64,000 nt of DNA from positions 124,001 through 188,000 of the forward strand of contig NIVC01001607.1 in the NCBI GenBank assembly GCA_002269645.1. Direction: 5' to 3'. Numbering within the stretch: the stretch's first letter is position 1; each line of letters opens with the position of its first letter. This stretch comes from Macrostomum lignano. Taxonomy: Eukaryota. Below the pieces are notes generated by a model that was given only the letters and a program-made list of their open reading frames with translations, was not told where the DNA came from and did no database searches. Shown here piece by piece: positions 61,900-64,000 of the stretch. The position numbers were made by a program, and so were the translations under genes.

Positions 61900-63240
61900 A
61901 GCCTTGAAATCTTAAAAAATCTCCTGTCAAACTTCTAACACTAACCCTAACCCTAACCAAAACCGTAAATTCAATATTTTGTCCATGGGTTGTTGCATGA
62001 TGCTTCTATAATTTTTACATGACGCTTCCATTATTTTTGCATGATGCTTCCATGATAAACATTTTACATGAGCTACATGAGCTAAGTTATAAGCTACTCT
62101 AACCCTAACCCTAACACGAATCTTAACGCAATAACCCTGAACCTAACCCTAAACCTAAACCATAATACCAACCGAACACTAACCCTACAGCCTGACATCT
62201 GCATAAGTTTGTAAAGCGCTAGTAGTATTTTTTAGCTTAGTATCTTAGCGTCGGGGAGCCAAAAATGCAGTACAAGTTTTGTAATAAAGTACATGTAGAA
62301 TCTTTTTGCAATATATATCAGAAGTCCCTTGTAAGCCTTGACATGTCAGTAATTCCCCCCCCCACAAGCTTTAACATATCAACTTCCCCCTTGACATCTC
62401 AGCAATGCCCCCAATAAGCCTTGAAATCTAAAAAAAATCTGTCAACCTTCTAACCCTAACCTTACCCTAACCCTAACCCTAAAGCATTGACATTTCAGTA
62501 ATTCTCTCCAACAGTCATTATAGCACTACAGCATTATAGCGATTCCCTGCAAGCCTCGACATCGTAGGGATTCCCAAATGAATCTCTTAACTTCGACATG
62601 AAGCTTCTTATTTTTTTACATTACGCTTTTTCTATCAGCGATCCCTCCCGTGAGAAGCCAACAAATAATGAAAAAAAGTTTTCAATAGACTACATGTAGC
62701 TTCTGACTTTAGCCTTGACATCTCATTTATTCCCCCATGAGCCTTGACATCTCAGCTATTCCCCCCGTAAACCTTGATATCTGAAAAATCCCCTGTTAAC
62801 CTTGAAACCCGCTAAAATCTAACCCTCAACCCAAACCTGACCTAAACCTAACTTTAACCCAACCTATAAAAGCCTTGAAATCTCAGCAATTCTTCTCCCC
62901 TAAGCCTTGACAATTTAGTGATTCTTTCTTCAAGAATCACAGCACTATAGCGATTCCCTTCAAGCCTTGACATCGTAGCAATTCCCAAATGAATCTTTTA
63001 ACTTCGACATGACTCTTCTTTTATGTATACATAGTGCTTCTTTTCTTTTTTACATGACTCTTCTTCTATCAGCGCCCCCCGTGGCGAGCCAACAAAGAAT
63101 GTAATAAAAAATTTGAGTAAAGTACATGAACTTTGAATTAGCTTCTGACTTTTGCTTTGACATCTCAGAAACCCCCCCTCCGTAATCTCAGTTATTCTCC
63201 GTGAGCCTTGACATCTCAGTAAGTCTCCCCAGCACAGCAA
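61900..63240. repeat. Complex degenerate repeat with (CCCTAA)n telomere-like runs and a ~420-bp duplicated block
   Basis: CTAACC runs at ~61945, 62100, 62455 and 62820; recurring GCCTTGACATCTCAG; 62520-62700 resembles 62940-63150. Confidence 0.75.
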
Positions 63241-63289
63241 AATAGCTTCATTTAATTTTTACATTACACTTCTTTCATGTCTGACATGA

Positions 63290-64000
63290 CGCTTCTTTTG
63301 ATTTTTACATGACGCTCCTTTTATTCTTCCATGACGCTTCTATGATTTTTTACATGACGCTTCTATGATTTTTTACATGACGCTTCTATGATTGTTTACA
63401 TGACGCTTCTATGATTTTTTACATGACGCTTCTATGATTGTTTACATGACGCTTCTATGATTTTTTACATGACGATTCTATAACTTTTTACATGACGCTT
63501 CTATGATTTTTTACATGACGCTTTTACGATTTTTTACATAGTGCTTCTATGATTTTTTGCATGGTGCTTCTATGATTTTTTACATGACGCTTCTATGATT
63601 GTTTACATGACGCTTCTATGATTTTTTACATGGTGCTTCTATGATTTTTTACATGACGCTTCTATGATTTTTTACATGGTGCTTCTATGATTTTTTACAT
63701 GTCTATGATTGTTTACATGACGCTTCTATGATTGTTTACATGACACTTCTATGATTTTTACATGACGCTTCTATGATTGTTTACATGACGCTTCTATGAT
63801 TTTTTACATGACGCTTCTATGATATTTTCATGACGCTTCTATGATTTTTTACATGACGCTTCTATGATTGTTTACATGACGCTTCTATGATTTTTTACAT
63901 GGTGCTTCTATGATTTTTTACATGTCTATGATTGTTTACATGACGCTTCTATGATTGTTTACATGACACTTCTATGATTTTTACATGACGCTTCTATGAT
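63290..64000. repeat. 22-23-bp satellite (TTTTTTACATGACGCTTCTATGA), runs off the window end
   Basis: About 30 tandem copies. Confidence 0.97.

Overview
This is eukaryotic (metazoan) genomic DNA with GT-AG spliced genes, short introns and a heavy load of transposons and mini/microsatellites. The style resembles a flatworm such as Macrostomum, but that is inference and the species cannot be fixed from this window. Host genes: three 10-exon ABCG half-transporter paralogues (A on minus 5616-9339, B on plus 11519-15356, C on plus 24599-33903), an 8-exon inositol-trisphosphate 3-kinase (38317-44241, with a frameshift in exon 4), an unknown membrane-protein terminal exon (48178-48606), an LRAT/PLAAT-domain coding region followed by a caspase (51757-54019), and a 3-exon CUB + C-type lectin type-I receptor (minus, 57103-60733). 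Mobile DNA: a young Gypsy LTR element whose 5-bp target duplication is the ABCG-C splice donor, RNase H-bearing LINE pieces, a piggyBac inserted at TTAA in a mariner fold-back, a Crypton-like element, three nested MITEs, three CORE-type SINEs and a degenerate tRNA-Gly. The best candidate for an undescribed system is an in-frame splice path, using only GT-AG sites and no sequence correction, that joins the LRAT domain to the caspase in one 523-aa protein. Next are the donor-duplicating LTR insertion and the patchwork gene conversion among the ABCG paralogues. All exon models and alignments were read by eye and need transcript or database confirmation.
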